This document shows positions 42,135-55,600 of a DNA stretch of 64,000 nucleotides, piece by piece. The stretch's first letter is position 1, and the number at the start of each line of letters is the position of its first letter. The DNA comes from Auanema rhodensis (taxonomy: Eukaryota; Animalia; Nematoda). The stretch lies in contig OZ059898.1 in assembly GCA_964057225.1 (NCBI GenBank), forward strand, positions 11,036,001-11,100,000. Direction: 5' to 3'. The notes below the pieces were generated by a model that saw nothing but the letters and a program-made list of their open reading frames with translations, made no database searches and was not told the DNA's origin. Position numbers and translations under genes: made by a program.

Positions 42135-45100
42135 ATCCTGTAATAGTTATAAACTATAAAATGACTAAATAAAGTGTACAAGAAATGAATGAAATAAAAT
42201 AATTCTGAAAGAATAAATGAAAAAAATCTCAATTAATTCTAATTTCTCAAATATTGAATGAAGTTGTGAAGAAAAGAAGCGAAAAAAGAAGCAAGGATAC
42301 AAAGAAAAACGATTGCAAGTAGGAAATGACTTTCGATGCAATTTTATCACAGCTTATCAGCTATCCACGGTGGAACATGGTTTGAAAACGGTTAACGGTT
42401 TAATGCTACCTTAGAGCCCGAGTCTATTTGTCTGATTGAACATAACATCCTTTTCAAACTATGCTTTTTCCTTGAAATAGATTCTTAAAATTGAAAAACG
42501 AACAATCTTTGTGAACATAATAATGTTATTTTCTGATAAATTGATTCTTAGAATAGACAAATATATCAATTGTAAAATGCTGATACGAATACTGTCCGAG
42601 TCCAAGAACATAAATTAATCGAGAAAATAAGAATATGACAAACTAATCTCTCATAAAACCGAAATTATCATTATGAATGATGTGCACCACAGATTATCTT
42701 CCAATTTAAATAAAAATTTAAAACTATAAGTACTTTTATGTGAGAATGGTCTTTCGCATTTTATTATAGAAGATAAAACAACAAGGCTTATGAAAATGTT
42801 TTATAACGAAACAATTATAATTCTTTTTTTATTTTCAATTATCAAAACAAATGTTATATCGAAGAATATTTGATACAGCATAGGTTGTGAGGAAAATCAG
42901 AAAGATAGAACATGAGGAAAGGGATGGTATGCCTCGTTGGCAACACAAAAGCGAGAATTCTATTAGCCCATCAAGGAATTTGACAGGTTTAGCCTTTGAA
43001 TTGCTTCACATGGTGAGTGGAGGAGAGAAATCAGGCTGAAATCTGGCAAGAAAGACCTATGAAAACCGTCACATTTTGACTAATTGCTTAGCATATTTTA
43101 GGAAACTTTCTGCGATGGAAGAAAAAAATAGAGATTACTTGAATTACTGCTCTTCTCATAATGAAGAAACACTAATCAAAGAAAACTCTTTTAAGTTGGA
43201 GTTCATTGAGTACAAGTTGGTAAAAAAACATCCAATAAAGAACTAAAGTCTCAGAAATGCAATAGATTTACATAACAATGAAGTTGAATAAGCGCTATTG
43301 GTAAAGGAACTACCTTTCATAGAACTGTCCTATACAGAACTGGTCAATAGAATAAATGGATCTGTAAATCTCCAAATAGGTTGACCCTCCAAATGACTTT
43401 TGTGAAGTATTTGTTTATTGATTAAGCCTATTTGAAAACAAAAATAAGTATAAATGAAATGAAATGTAAGTTTTTATGTCTTCAAAACAAATTCGAAACT
43501 GATCAGGATTTTGAAGAAAGTTCCTGTTTTTTCAAGCAAAAAAAATATATATAGCTTAGTCCAAGTATTTCAATCAGTTACAAAAGATGTGGAATGAACA
43601 AAAGACAATTCGATGAGTGGAATAAAAAAATAAATCTGAAGTGACTTTAACTAATTCAAATAAAAAGAAAAGAGAACACGTTAGATAGAAGTTATTATAT
43701 TTTTTTATTTCATGAGGATTGATGATTCAAACTGATACGTCATAGTTGATCCTTCATATTTCAAGCAAAAAAAAAAGGAAAAAACTGAATTCTTGATGAT
43801 GTGTTCAGATTTGGGGTGAATGAGTAAAAATAGACAGTTGGAAAATTGGTTGAGTTGAAGATTCTAGAATCGAATGAGACTCCAACGGAAAAGGTAGCAA
43901 TTCACATAAGGCGACTAGTTCTCATATAGTTCACGTTTCTGCTCTCTCTTTCTTTCTTTCATTCATCAAATATGCTTTCGTTTTCTTTTTTCTTCTTTCG
44001 AATCTCGGCTTCTACCTGTTGTCTGAGTAGTAGCTGTCTTCCGTTAAAGGAAAAAGCGAATAGAACTTTTTGCTGATCAATCTGACTAGTTCCGTTACAG
44101 ACGTTGTTCCAGATACTTTAGGATTGGCATTTAGCAATACGAGGGCAGAATATTTATTAAGAAGAAGTATTTGTATAAACTTTCATATTTCATGTTTTAA
44201 AGAACAATGAAAGTTGTTTCAATTACCTCTATTCACTCCTAAAATACAAAAAAGAGAACATAATTGCACTTAGGGAACAGTATGAAAGCTTATCAAATTT
44301 AAATAATTATTTTATTAAAATTCTTTATAATTTATAGATAGAATCAAGCATAAAACATATTGTAAACTTTAAAGTTCGAATTTAAGCTTTAAAAAAAATT
44401 ACATTTGAGACAGTTTCTAAGCGCTACGATCAAACGAATGTTTGCTTCCGAAAAAAAAAGCTGTGTAAAAGCTAGAAAAAACAAGAAGTGTTCAAGAAAA
44501 AAAATTAGAGATTAAATTATGGAATCGACAAGGAAGATTGTGGTGTTTCATCTTTTCATGAAGCAGAAGAATTTGTTGTTTTTCACGCATAACACCGGGG
44601 TTGTGAAGAGAGAGGCAATCTGTTAACAGTAAATGGCACATCGTTATACAAACCGGAATTCGTTCAGATAGATTGGATGATGCTGATACCTTGTTCAAGA
44701 TTTGTGGAAGACGTCTAGCCTCTTAGATTACGATAAAAAATTGAAAAAACGGAGTTTATTATTGGGCAATCATGTTGTGATTCAAAGAAAAGCCGAACTG
44801 AAAACTGGTGATGTGTGCATGTCTGTTGACTGAAGGAAGTCCATTTGAGTTTATTTGCTCGAATATGGAAACAACTTGACGTCACGATGGTTGCCGACAG
44901 CACAGCCTATGGCATTATGCTGCGTACGGTAAAGTTTGCGTCGTTTGCTCGGATTCAAACCATGAACGAGAAATTTGCTGATTTTTAGCTTGTGTCTCCA
45001 GAGCATGAGCAAGATGTTAACAATTGTATTGGGAAAAGACTAAGCATTTTTTGAAGAAAAGTGCAAAGAAAATGAAAAATAATGAAATCGCCAAACTTCG

Positions 45101-48100
45101 AATACGAAGAAAAAAAGTAATGTCATAACAGAAATAATGAATCCTAGTTTAAAAATAACCACAAAAGGATTTCGAGAGATAGAAAGCCTCAGCTTTTGCA
45201 CATCACAAGATGTCCACATTCGTTTAAGTAAATAGAACAAAGTGCCAAAAATTCTGAAAAAGCAGCTGTGAGAAGAGCAAGTCTTTCGAATATTTCAGAA
45301 ACCGAGAATACTAAAAAAGTTCATGCGGAATCTTCAAAGATTTGGCTTATTTCAAGCTTTAGCATGACGCAACAAATGGTATACGAACAGAATAGGTTGA
45401 ATATTTAAAGAGATTAGTTTCTTAATTAGAAACCAATCATTCAATACAGTTTAGTGTTTGAAAATGAATTGAAACAGTTTCAGATGTTGTTCTACCTTAT
45501 ATCAATAAAACAGGAACAGGGAAAGTAAAAACTGTTTCCTTATAAACAGAGTTGTTAAATGGTTGTAAATGGTAAAGAAACACATGTTTCTTTAAGGAAC
45601 CCTATTGAAAATGAATTTATAGCTTCAATTAGACAACTTTCCGATTAAAAAAGAAGAATGTTTCTTAAGAACCGCGCCTTATCCACTCTAGTATTTTCGT
45701 GAAAATATGTCAGCCGAGGTAAAAGATAAATTGAAATTAAAAAAAAAAGACAAGGAACATAATTTTGCAGACATCAGACTAATCCATATGTTTGCTAATT
45801 TGGATCGCCTCTACTTGCATTGACATAGGCAATTGACCATCCAATTGACGAACGGTCCATAATTAGCTGTGTCCGGAAGAGAAATGGTGACACGACAGTC
45901 TATCTAACGATAGTATAAAGAAAATAAGGAAAGTTTGTAGTTTAAAGATGACCTAAGGGCGGAGACACTAGAGAAATTACTTTAATTAAGTATATGACGG
46001 AATAGTTTATTTGAAAATTTCTCTTCGAATTCTCAGAAAACTAAGAAAAACAATGAATTAATTTTTGGCAATTTCAGAAGATTTAATGACTGAAACCTAT
46101 GTTTTTCTTCCATTTTAATAAGAAAATGATATGTAGAGGCTTGATTTAAGAAGTATTCGAGTGGTAATAGCAACGTGTTTTTCTGAATAATTTGTATCTA
46201 AAAGTGAATTCGAGGAAATAGCCCGAACTGTACTCGTAGTAGTGAACAAATCATCAAAACGAAAACGGAATATGTTGATTGAACAAGAGTTACGACTGAT
46301 GAAATTCAGTGCTCACGCATGAATCTGAAAGGTCGAAGGGAGATAAGAGACGGGAGAGAAAGAAAGGTACTCTAAGATGTTGAGACATGAGAGATGGAGA
46401 AAAGAAGAGAGAGAATGGGTTATGTGAGAGGAAACAAATGTTCATCTTCTTACAACTTGCTTATAGCTTATATTGAAAACAAATATAAGAAAGACCAAAC
46501 ACAGTTGATCATAAGTTAAACCGATTCGGAACTTTAGCTGGAGTTGAAATTCTCTGACTAATAGAGAAAAAAGAATAGTTCTCTGAAGTGAACAGGATAT
46601 TCTATGAAACTATGTTTTTATGGTGAACTCTCTGGTATGAATAGCTCTTCCTCTTTAAGAATAAGCTTAAAACCAATGTCTGATCCACATTTAAGGTCTA
46701 TTACCATATTATTATCGTTCGTCCACTTAGTAATAATGTAAAGTATCGTTTAGCAATTAATCCATAAGATAGATTCCAGATTATACTGAATGAGGAATAC
46801 TTTCATAAATATAGTCAAAATATCGACACTCAAAAAATTGCCAATTAGTTCGCTTCAGAAAGTTGCGTGACGGATTGCCTGGTTATGCAGTTTAACAAAA
46901 AGATTTCAGAAGATTTTCCATGAAGATTGTAAAAAGAAATACAGAAAGGTGTATTAAAAGAATTTTGAATGATATGAAAACGTATATACCATGAATCTAG
47001 CTTTTCCTATTCCGAATGAGGAAAACGAAAAGCCAATAAAGAACTTTTTTTCGGGAAAAAAACAAAGGCCGATTTTATCGAATCATCTCAAGTTTGTGGG
47101 TTCTGGTGGTGGTTGCGGTGCTCAGTATCCCCATTTATCTCTTCAGATTTCAGAAATAGCTGTCTCGCACTGTCGTTCAAAATCTCTCTTTGTTTTTTCT
47201 AAGAAGAGGAGAGCTAAGGAAAAATAACAGAGAATTAGATGTCCTCCGGTATGATATGCAAATATTTCATTTGTCGTTGGTGTGTCTTTAGATCTTGCTG
47301 TGACTGGGAAAGGGAAAGGGAAAACGGAAAGAGCGAAATGCACACTTACAGTGGAGTATATAAGAGAGACAGAGCTGAGACAGAATAATCCGGACAGTGC
47401 TCAAACAAACATAGCCAAGGCTAGGCTCCGAAAAATCTCTAAGAATCGTTCAGACACAAGCTTTACAAGATTTTAACACAGGAAGAGATCAAAAACTGTG
47501 ATCAACAAGCTCTCAAACATTTGAAAAGGAATCGCCAAGGAAATTACAAAAGTGTTTAGAATCAGAATTGTAGACGTTATGCCTGAAGTAATGCGATTGG
47601 AAAAATGTGATGAAGATAAGAAACTAATAAAAACGAGAGAAAACATAGCTTTATTCTTCATTATCAATAATTTTAGAAGCTATACAAGATGCAAAACTTT
47701 AAAATGAAGAATTTGATTGTTAGATCAAACCGAATATATACATAGTAGCTATCGATTTAATTAAAAATATTGCAATTTTACAGGAAAATTAACTGATAAA
47801 ATAGATAAACTGTTTCTCAAATAGGCAATAAAACTATAATTGAAGAACTTTTTTTCAAATATCAAAGCAAATAAAAGAACCTGTGAAGAGGGTAAGCAAA
47901 CGAGAGTGTGATTTCAGAATCTGAATTTATTTCTGAGGTAAGAAGGTCAAGAAGAATATTTTTTGTGTCAAGAAACTATAGTTCAGGATCATTGTAATCT
48001 TAAATTTCTTCATTGAAGCTTGAAGCATTATTGTTCTCGTATTGTTTTATGTATAAAAATACAAATTACAGCCTTTGGATCATATGGAAAAGTTCTTAAA

Positions 48101-49641
48101 AGTTCTTGTTCATCGTTATGTAATATAATAAGGAACTGCTTACATCATACGCAATATTCTCAAATATGAAGAAGAACAAGAAAGAAGGTCTCATGTAGTT
48201 AAGTGGAATTTGGCCAAGAAGCATATCTAGACAAGAACAAGATTCTTGAAGATCTTACACATAGATGCTTTTAAGTTTCCTGAGAATCATTAAGAAAACA
48301 ATTAGAAGAACAAATTATTTGTTTGAGAATTTTACAGATTTTTTATATTTATAAACATTAAAAAGACTATTTGTAATAAAATAGAAATATTAGTAAGTTT
48401 TTGAAAATGGCTAGTTCAGTGATCGTTGAACTATTTCTGATACAGACGCATCAACTACCATGACAGAGGACAATCTCAACAATTCCATCTAATCACAGTT
48501 GGAGATTCGATGACAAAATCGTTTGTGACATACAAAATTCATAATAGAAGGTTGGCTTAAGAAAGAAAAAAAAAGATTTAAATGAGGACGAAAAGAATAT
48601 ATTGGCTTAGTAAAAGACTGGATATATGTATTAGGACAGTTTATAAAGAAACAAAATTGATTGCTTTATGGCAGTTGGAAGGAAATCAAGCAAAAAACGA
48701 TACAGTAAAACGAAGTCAAATTATACGCATATTCAGAGGCAGTGAGTATGACGAAAAAACTAATGAAAATTTGGATATCTAGTCAGAATTCTATATATAT
48801 ATATATATACATAGATTGTTCATTAGAATTCCAATTACTACATAAAGTTGTGAGTTGATTATCATTGTTGAAAGAGCATTACTGTCATCATTATGATGAC
48901 TAGGTGACAGATATAAAAATTAACTAGCAAGGAACAGAAAGAAGTCGTGGGATAAATCAAAGTATGAGGACGGTCAGGGACGGAAGCTAATTAGGCTGTC
49001 CAATGATTTATAAGATGGTTCAGTAGTATGCTAGTTGAGTACTTTCTAGAGGTGAAAAAACATCTTCAAGGTCTCAACATGTGTAGAGGAATAGAATGCC
49101 GATGTTAGAAATGTAAGAACACAATAATATGAGAAGAGAAACGAATGGAATGGGTGATAGATGGGTTTCAGGAACATCTATTTCTATTGTACTCTATAAG
49201 GCATGTTGCGAAGAGCATTCAGAAGTTTATTTCTGTAGATGAATTTCATTATAAGAATATTTGAAGTAATCGTTTGAATACATAAATGATTGCAATGAGA
49301 ATAAAAGTTAACGATGTGTGAAGTGATGACAGGTTTTCATCATGTAATCATTCATACTTTTGCGATTCTCGAACAGAAAAACTGATAAACGAAAACTGAA
49401 TGTTTGATTAGGGTCAAATTTAAATCACAAAAGCTTTGTGAAATTACCTTTAAGGATTGAAACTATCTAATTATGATGTTAATTTTCTGGATGTAAAGTT
49501 TCTGAGTTAGTACTAAAATTGCCCTTATGTTTCAAAACATTGAAAAATATAGATCTGGAGGTAAAGATAAATGAGACTGAAATAAGACATAATAATATAA
49601 TAATAAAAAAGAAAAGGGTTAAGGTAGAAAAAGATAGAAAA

Positions 49642-49683
49642 AGAGAGAGAGAGAAAGAGAGAGAGATAGATAGATAGAGAGAT

Positions 49684-49722
<39 letters not shown>
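49642..49722. repeat. (GA)n/(GATA)n compound microsatellite
   Basis: Direct observation. Confidence 0.9.
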
Positions 49723-49725
<3 letters not shown>

Positions 49726-49936
49726 ATATTACCCTAGGCGAATATGAAGACAGTTCATCAAGTGTGTGCTAACAGCTTCACGCTCTCTTGGTCATCATCT
49801 ATTCATGGCTACACTATTGAATTGTGAAGAGGCTTTCGGCTTTTTGCTTTGAGCATCCGTTTCCCTCAAGACCATGCTTACTTTTGAACAGTATGGAACG
49901 ATATCAAGATGAGCGAAGAAGCAGAAAAGCAGCCAT

Positions 49937-49942
<6 letters not shown>

Positions 49943-49987
<45 letters not shown>
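49943..49987. repeat. (TA)n microsatellite
   Basis: Direct observation. Confidence 0.9.
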
Positions 49988-49988
<1 letters not shown>

Positions 49989-52631
49989 GGTATTAAACTC
50001 AAACTTTCTATACATTTTTACTTGAAAACGAAAAAAAGTGAAAGTCGGACAATAACATATTCACCACATCTATAACTTTATGGGATCAGTTCTAAACCAT
50101 TATTGTATTCTGTAAATAGTGGAAGTGTTGGTCGAGGACATGAAAAATTTCAAAGAACATCTGAGTTTTAAAAAATTCAAGAAATCCGGTTAATGGTGAA
50201 CATTTATATACTTAAAAGTAAATCCGCAACAATTTTAAACAAAAATGTAAAATAGTTTACGAAATTTGAGTTTTTTTTGTGAAGATTGGTAAGAGAACAC
50301 TCAAACGATAGTATTTTAAAAGACAAATTAATTACTTCTATGAGAGAACAAGAAACATATAAATCGTAAAATATCAGATATATCTAAAAAGAAACAAGTT
50401 ATGGTTCGCTGAAAGAACCTATGGTGTTGGATTTTTAAAGTATGAATAAACTGAACAACAATATATAATCATGAGAAATTGAATAGAATATACATATAGT
50501 AAATGAATGAAGAAGAAGAAGATTGAATATAGAATGCGAAAGAGAAAGGCAGATAGAATATTTGCTTATATGACCATAGTTGGATGGGTACGAGAACAGT
50601 GGAGGAGATGAGAATGAATGTTCGAGTTGATCAAATATGGTAACCGGCTGACTAAAGAACTTGATGAGGCTATTGTGAACCGGAATAGATAGATGAGTTG
50701 AACAACACGATAGCCTTCTGATACGAATAGCGAAACTGCTAACAGATATGCTCTGTCAGCTGGGCGATAGGCTCATATGAAAAATTAGTAAGGTGCAGAT
50801 GACACTAAGATAATAGACAACAGCTTTTGTTTCATATGTTTGTACAGATTTATCTAAACAAAGATAAACTATGTAAAGTGATATACCTGTGATGTTTAAA
50901 AAAAGGAGCAAAATAGAAGCTTATGCATCTGTGTATGATACTTGGAAAGTTGTGGTAATATAAGAATAAAAAATATTGTGGTTTTTTGTGAATTCACAGA
51001 AAAAATCATTGGTTATTCAAATAAAGGATGCAAAAAAGATGAAAAAAATCAAAATGAAAATTCAAGGAAGACGAACAAACTTCAATGACAGGAATATATC
51101 CAGACAGACTGGATGAGGAACATGCTGTGACTGTTGGCCGGATTTTGGATAAAAGGCTAGATAGTTTTCATTCTCATCTGAACAACCACAAAGGAGGTGA
51201 AATAAGATGGCCATGCGGATATAAAGAACTTAGAATGTTTATTAAAACATAGGTAAATAACCGTCTTTCTACACAGAACTTTTGCTTTCCACTTCAACTT
51301 GTTGTCCATCTATCTTTGACGAGTTTATTGATAGAGGAAAACATTTTCATAGATGTTCCTGTCCGAAATAATTCACATTCACTCATATACACATGCATAC
51401 TTTAAATTTCAGACAAACAGTACCATTATTAGTCGATATTACAAGAAAAACCAAAAATAAATAAAAAATTTGATTTTTTGATTGGTTACAACTTATTGTA
51501 ATAGATATATTATGTCTTCTGTACAACTTTCGTAATTTATCTCTATATATAGACGTTTAGGGTTATAATATGATGAGGTCTTCAATTTTTGATTATAATA
51601 TAAATGTTTGTTCTTAGCTTAATGACGTATTCGAATACCGACTCGACCTTCTTTCCTCAACCAAAATTGAAAACAAATTGTTTGAAAATGAACTAAATTT
51701 ACAACCTAATCCTTATAAATCGAGCATATTATTCGTTATCAAAATTTAGTCTTTTATTATCATTGAGTTCTTTTGTTATTCTCGTCAACAACTTCAGGTA
51801 TATGTTGTTAATATTCATTACGAAGTGCTTGTGTACGGAATAAACGAACAACCTGTGATATTATTCATAAATGCATTATAATCATTAAAACCTTTGCTGT
51901 TGTTTCTCCTGCTCAGGATCAAGAAAGATATGATCATAGCTTCCTCATTTACAGAGATTTATCTTTTGTTACACTATGTTTATATTAGATGTTTCGCTAT
52001 ATTCTTGTAACATAGGTTATGACAAAACATTCTCATTTAATTCTTCTTTGGTTTTCATTAATGGTATATCAAGTTTTATTTACTTATCTGATACAAACGT
52101 TCATCCTCTTTTGATTATCAGCTATATTTGATACGAAAACGTAGTTTTCTCTGAAACTTTCAATGAAGCAAGAAAATGAAAAAAAAAGAAGAAAAGTTAT
52201 AGAAAAGAGCTCGAGAGCGAAAAAGTATTTGATTATATGTAGTCTATAAATTATGTGTGTATCTTTTATATTCGAATGCTTATATGAGAATCATAATATA
52301 AAATCATTTAAATTCCATTCTCCCTAACTGAAAATGAAAAATGCCGTTTAATCATAGTGAACATTACGTAGTGAACTCCCTTTTTGTACACACGCAAAAA
52401 TAAAGGGGCTATATCTATGGATTTCCATATTAATAAGTTATAAGTGCCTTCTGATTTTACAAATTTTATCCTTAATATTCAATGCATACATTGTTATCTT
52501 ATCTGTTTCTGGAATCTACTGTTATCTTTTTAGCCTTGCATTGCTCTCGCAGCTGAATTCTTGTTCTTTGTACCTACATCACACCACCACTATTGAGTAT
52601 CAACTAGTTTATTTCTACTCCGAAGCTTAGG

Positions 52632-55600
52632 ATGGTATTTCTAACAATCATTATTATTAGTGGTTTATTATTCCTATTATGGCTCTACTCAAAATACATA
52701 GCGGAGGTCAGTTTTTTTAAATTTATGTTGATATACAACTTGGCATCGATTAATCAATTTGGATATGAGGGAAAATTCCAGGGTTCTAAAAAGTGTAAGT
52801 TCAGATATTACTAATAGTGGTGGTGTGATATAAGGAGTTCATTAAATTAAATGTTTTATTCTTAAATTCTCTATGTTGAACTTTTTTTTTGGAACTGTAC
52901 ACGATTAATCCGAACCGTACGCAACTAGCTTCATTGAAGTTGTTCTTAGGATTAACCGTCAGTTGTTTTTTGTTCTCTGTTCTACATTATTTATTCCGTT
53001 TTCTTTTGCGTCTATGAATATTTTACAGAATTATGCTGCAATCGTAAAACAATTGGCATTAAACTGTATTAATATTCCTAGTGTTTTTCTTGCACATTGC
53101 CACAGTTTAAGCTTATTTTATATTTACAGTTCATGATATCATAATGACGGACTTCACAGATCAACCCCTCGGGTTACTTTGCGAAGTGACACGTCGCGAA
53201 TTGGTTCATTTACTGGAATCTTTACCTGGTCCCAAAGATTTAGTTGTGGATTCTACTTTACTGAGGCCATTAGATAAAGTTGCTTCAATGACACTTCTCC
53301 AAAATCATGGCTGCTCTCGCGTAATGCCTCTGCGAACAGACTCTGTTTTGTCTTGGGATCAAAATATTTCAAGAAGAATATACATCCTTCGGTCATCGTT
53401 CGAAATGGCCCGCTTAGTTTCTCAACACGTTAGAGCCTCTCCTGACAAACAGATAGCAGTTATCTGGGTGGATCGTCGCTTAGCAATATGTGATCGTGAG
53501 CAGGAACGACAAGGTGTTTTCGGAATAGTGGAAAATTTCGAATTGCACATGTGTCTCCTTCCAATTGAAAATGATCTTTTCTCTCTGGAATTACCTTTCA
53601 CTTCACCTCCTAATCTGTTCCAAGCCGCTCATTCGTTATTTCAACTGCAGTCTTTGTACGGACTTATACCTACTGTCTATGGACTTGGAGAACAAACTGA
53701 GAAAATGTGGAAATTACTACGTATGCTTTATGTGGAACGAGGAGAGCCACGAGCCTCACCTGATCAACCAATAAGCCATCTTTTCGTTTTTGATCGTTCT
53801 CTAGATCCTGCATCTGTTCTTATGACAGGCTTGACATATGAAGCTATGTTACACAACGTTTTTACTATTGGATGTGGGAAAATATCATTTGGTTCAGAAG
53901 TGCAGTCACGAATGAAAACTGATTCAAAAGATGGAGAATCTCAAAAGTCCAGGGTGTTCGTCCTGGACAATAATGACGGCGTATTTGCTTCTGTTAGGAA
54001 TAAGCATATGACAGGAGTTTTTCCATTTCTTAGTGCAAAAGCTAAAGAAATTCAATCAACCTATGATAAAGGGGCTTCCATTGACCAAGTTCAAGATATG
54101 AAACAATTTGTATCGCAAGAGTTGAAAGTTCTAAAACAACAACATCGTCAACTTGAAATGCATATATGTGCCTGTGAAGTTCTTTTGGAACGAAACAATG
54201 CTGTTGGAGCAAGCGAACGTCTTCGTTATGAACAAGAGCTTGTTGCTGGAACAGCTAATATTAATGAAATAATAACATATTTGGAAGATTGTTCATTAAG
54301 ACAAGTATCACCATGGCAAGTTCTAGCTTTGATTTGCTTAGCTTCAGTCACCAACAATGGTTTACCTTCCAAAGGCTATCACTCATTTAGAGAGCATTTC
54401 CTGCGAGCATACGGATACGAATATCTGCCTGTTCTTCATAACCTTGGTACGAAGAAACTTTTTTTCGAAAAGATCAAACCTGCAGTTGGCAATATAGTTC
54501 AATCTGCTATTCCAACGATGAACTCAAATTCCAGTGGTGATCAAACACCCACTTTTGCTTTCTTATCGAAGCGACTTAATTTAACTCCCAGTTCGGACGC
54601 AAATCACATCGACTTGAGGAACCCTTCCAAAATGAGCTATGTATTTTCGGGAGTATTCACACCTCCTTTTTGCCAAATAGTGTCAGATGCAATGGTTCAT
54701 GGATGGAATACTAACGACATGAAAAAGACGTTCGGACATGTTTTAGTGGAAGAGAACAGTTATACCCCAGCGGACCGAAAGCCTGACAATCGCATGAAGA
54801 AAGCCATTCTCGTGTTCTTTTTGGGAGGTGTAACATATGCCGAAGTCGCTGCCCTAAGGCTTTTAGCTGTTCAGAACAACTTTCGTATTTTAATAGCAAC
54901 TACGAATATTATCCAGCGTGAACAATATATTCGATGTATGGGAGAAGCGGATTCGAAGCTTCTGTGAGATAAATAAATATCGTTTGATTCAATCAATTAA
55001 TGTTCTGGTCGCTAAAATTCAACGGGTTATGTAAAAGTTTGTAATTTATGTAAGTGGGAGTGAACTCAACTTTGGTGCACCTAAAAGTCAAGTAGAATAA
55101 TTTTTTTATTTTAACATGTTTCAGAAACCGCGGGTTTATACTAAATTTGGGTCTGATCTGTATTGTCGTGTGCACAAGCATTTATCTCTTTTGAATGAGG
55201 TTTTTATCATGTCTAATATTGTTCTGTAAATGAGCATTCAGGAATATAAACCAACATGGTGGTGTCCATTTGGAACTGCAATGACTATAGTTCGACAGGT
55301 TTTCCGCAACTGTCCCAATCTTCCTTTTGAAAGGTATGAAAGTTTTAGATTCTTGAAGTAAGCATTGAATTTCTAGAGAAATTATTACTTTATCAGACTC
55401 TGGAATAGTTGGTATTGACTGGCTAATTCCATCCAAGTCTCATGAAGAGAGTCCCATCATAATTTTCTTACCTGGTATCACAGGTAATATTATATATTTT
55501 TTTTCAAAGGTTTTAATTTTGGAGATAATGGTAAAATCTACTGAAACATTATGTTTTGTTAATCAATTTTGTTATTATTCAGTAGAGAGACATAATATTT

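Noticed and set aside
44490-45010. GC-richer stretch as a decayed transposase or gene
   Set aside because: Stops in the frames tried and no recognisable motif or terminal repeats.
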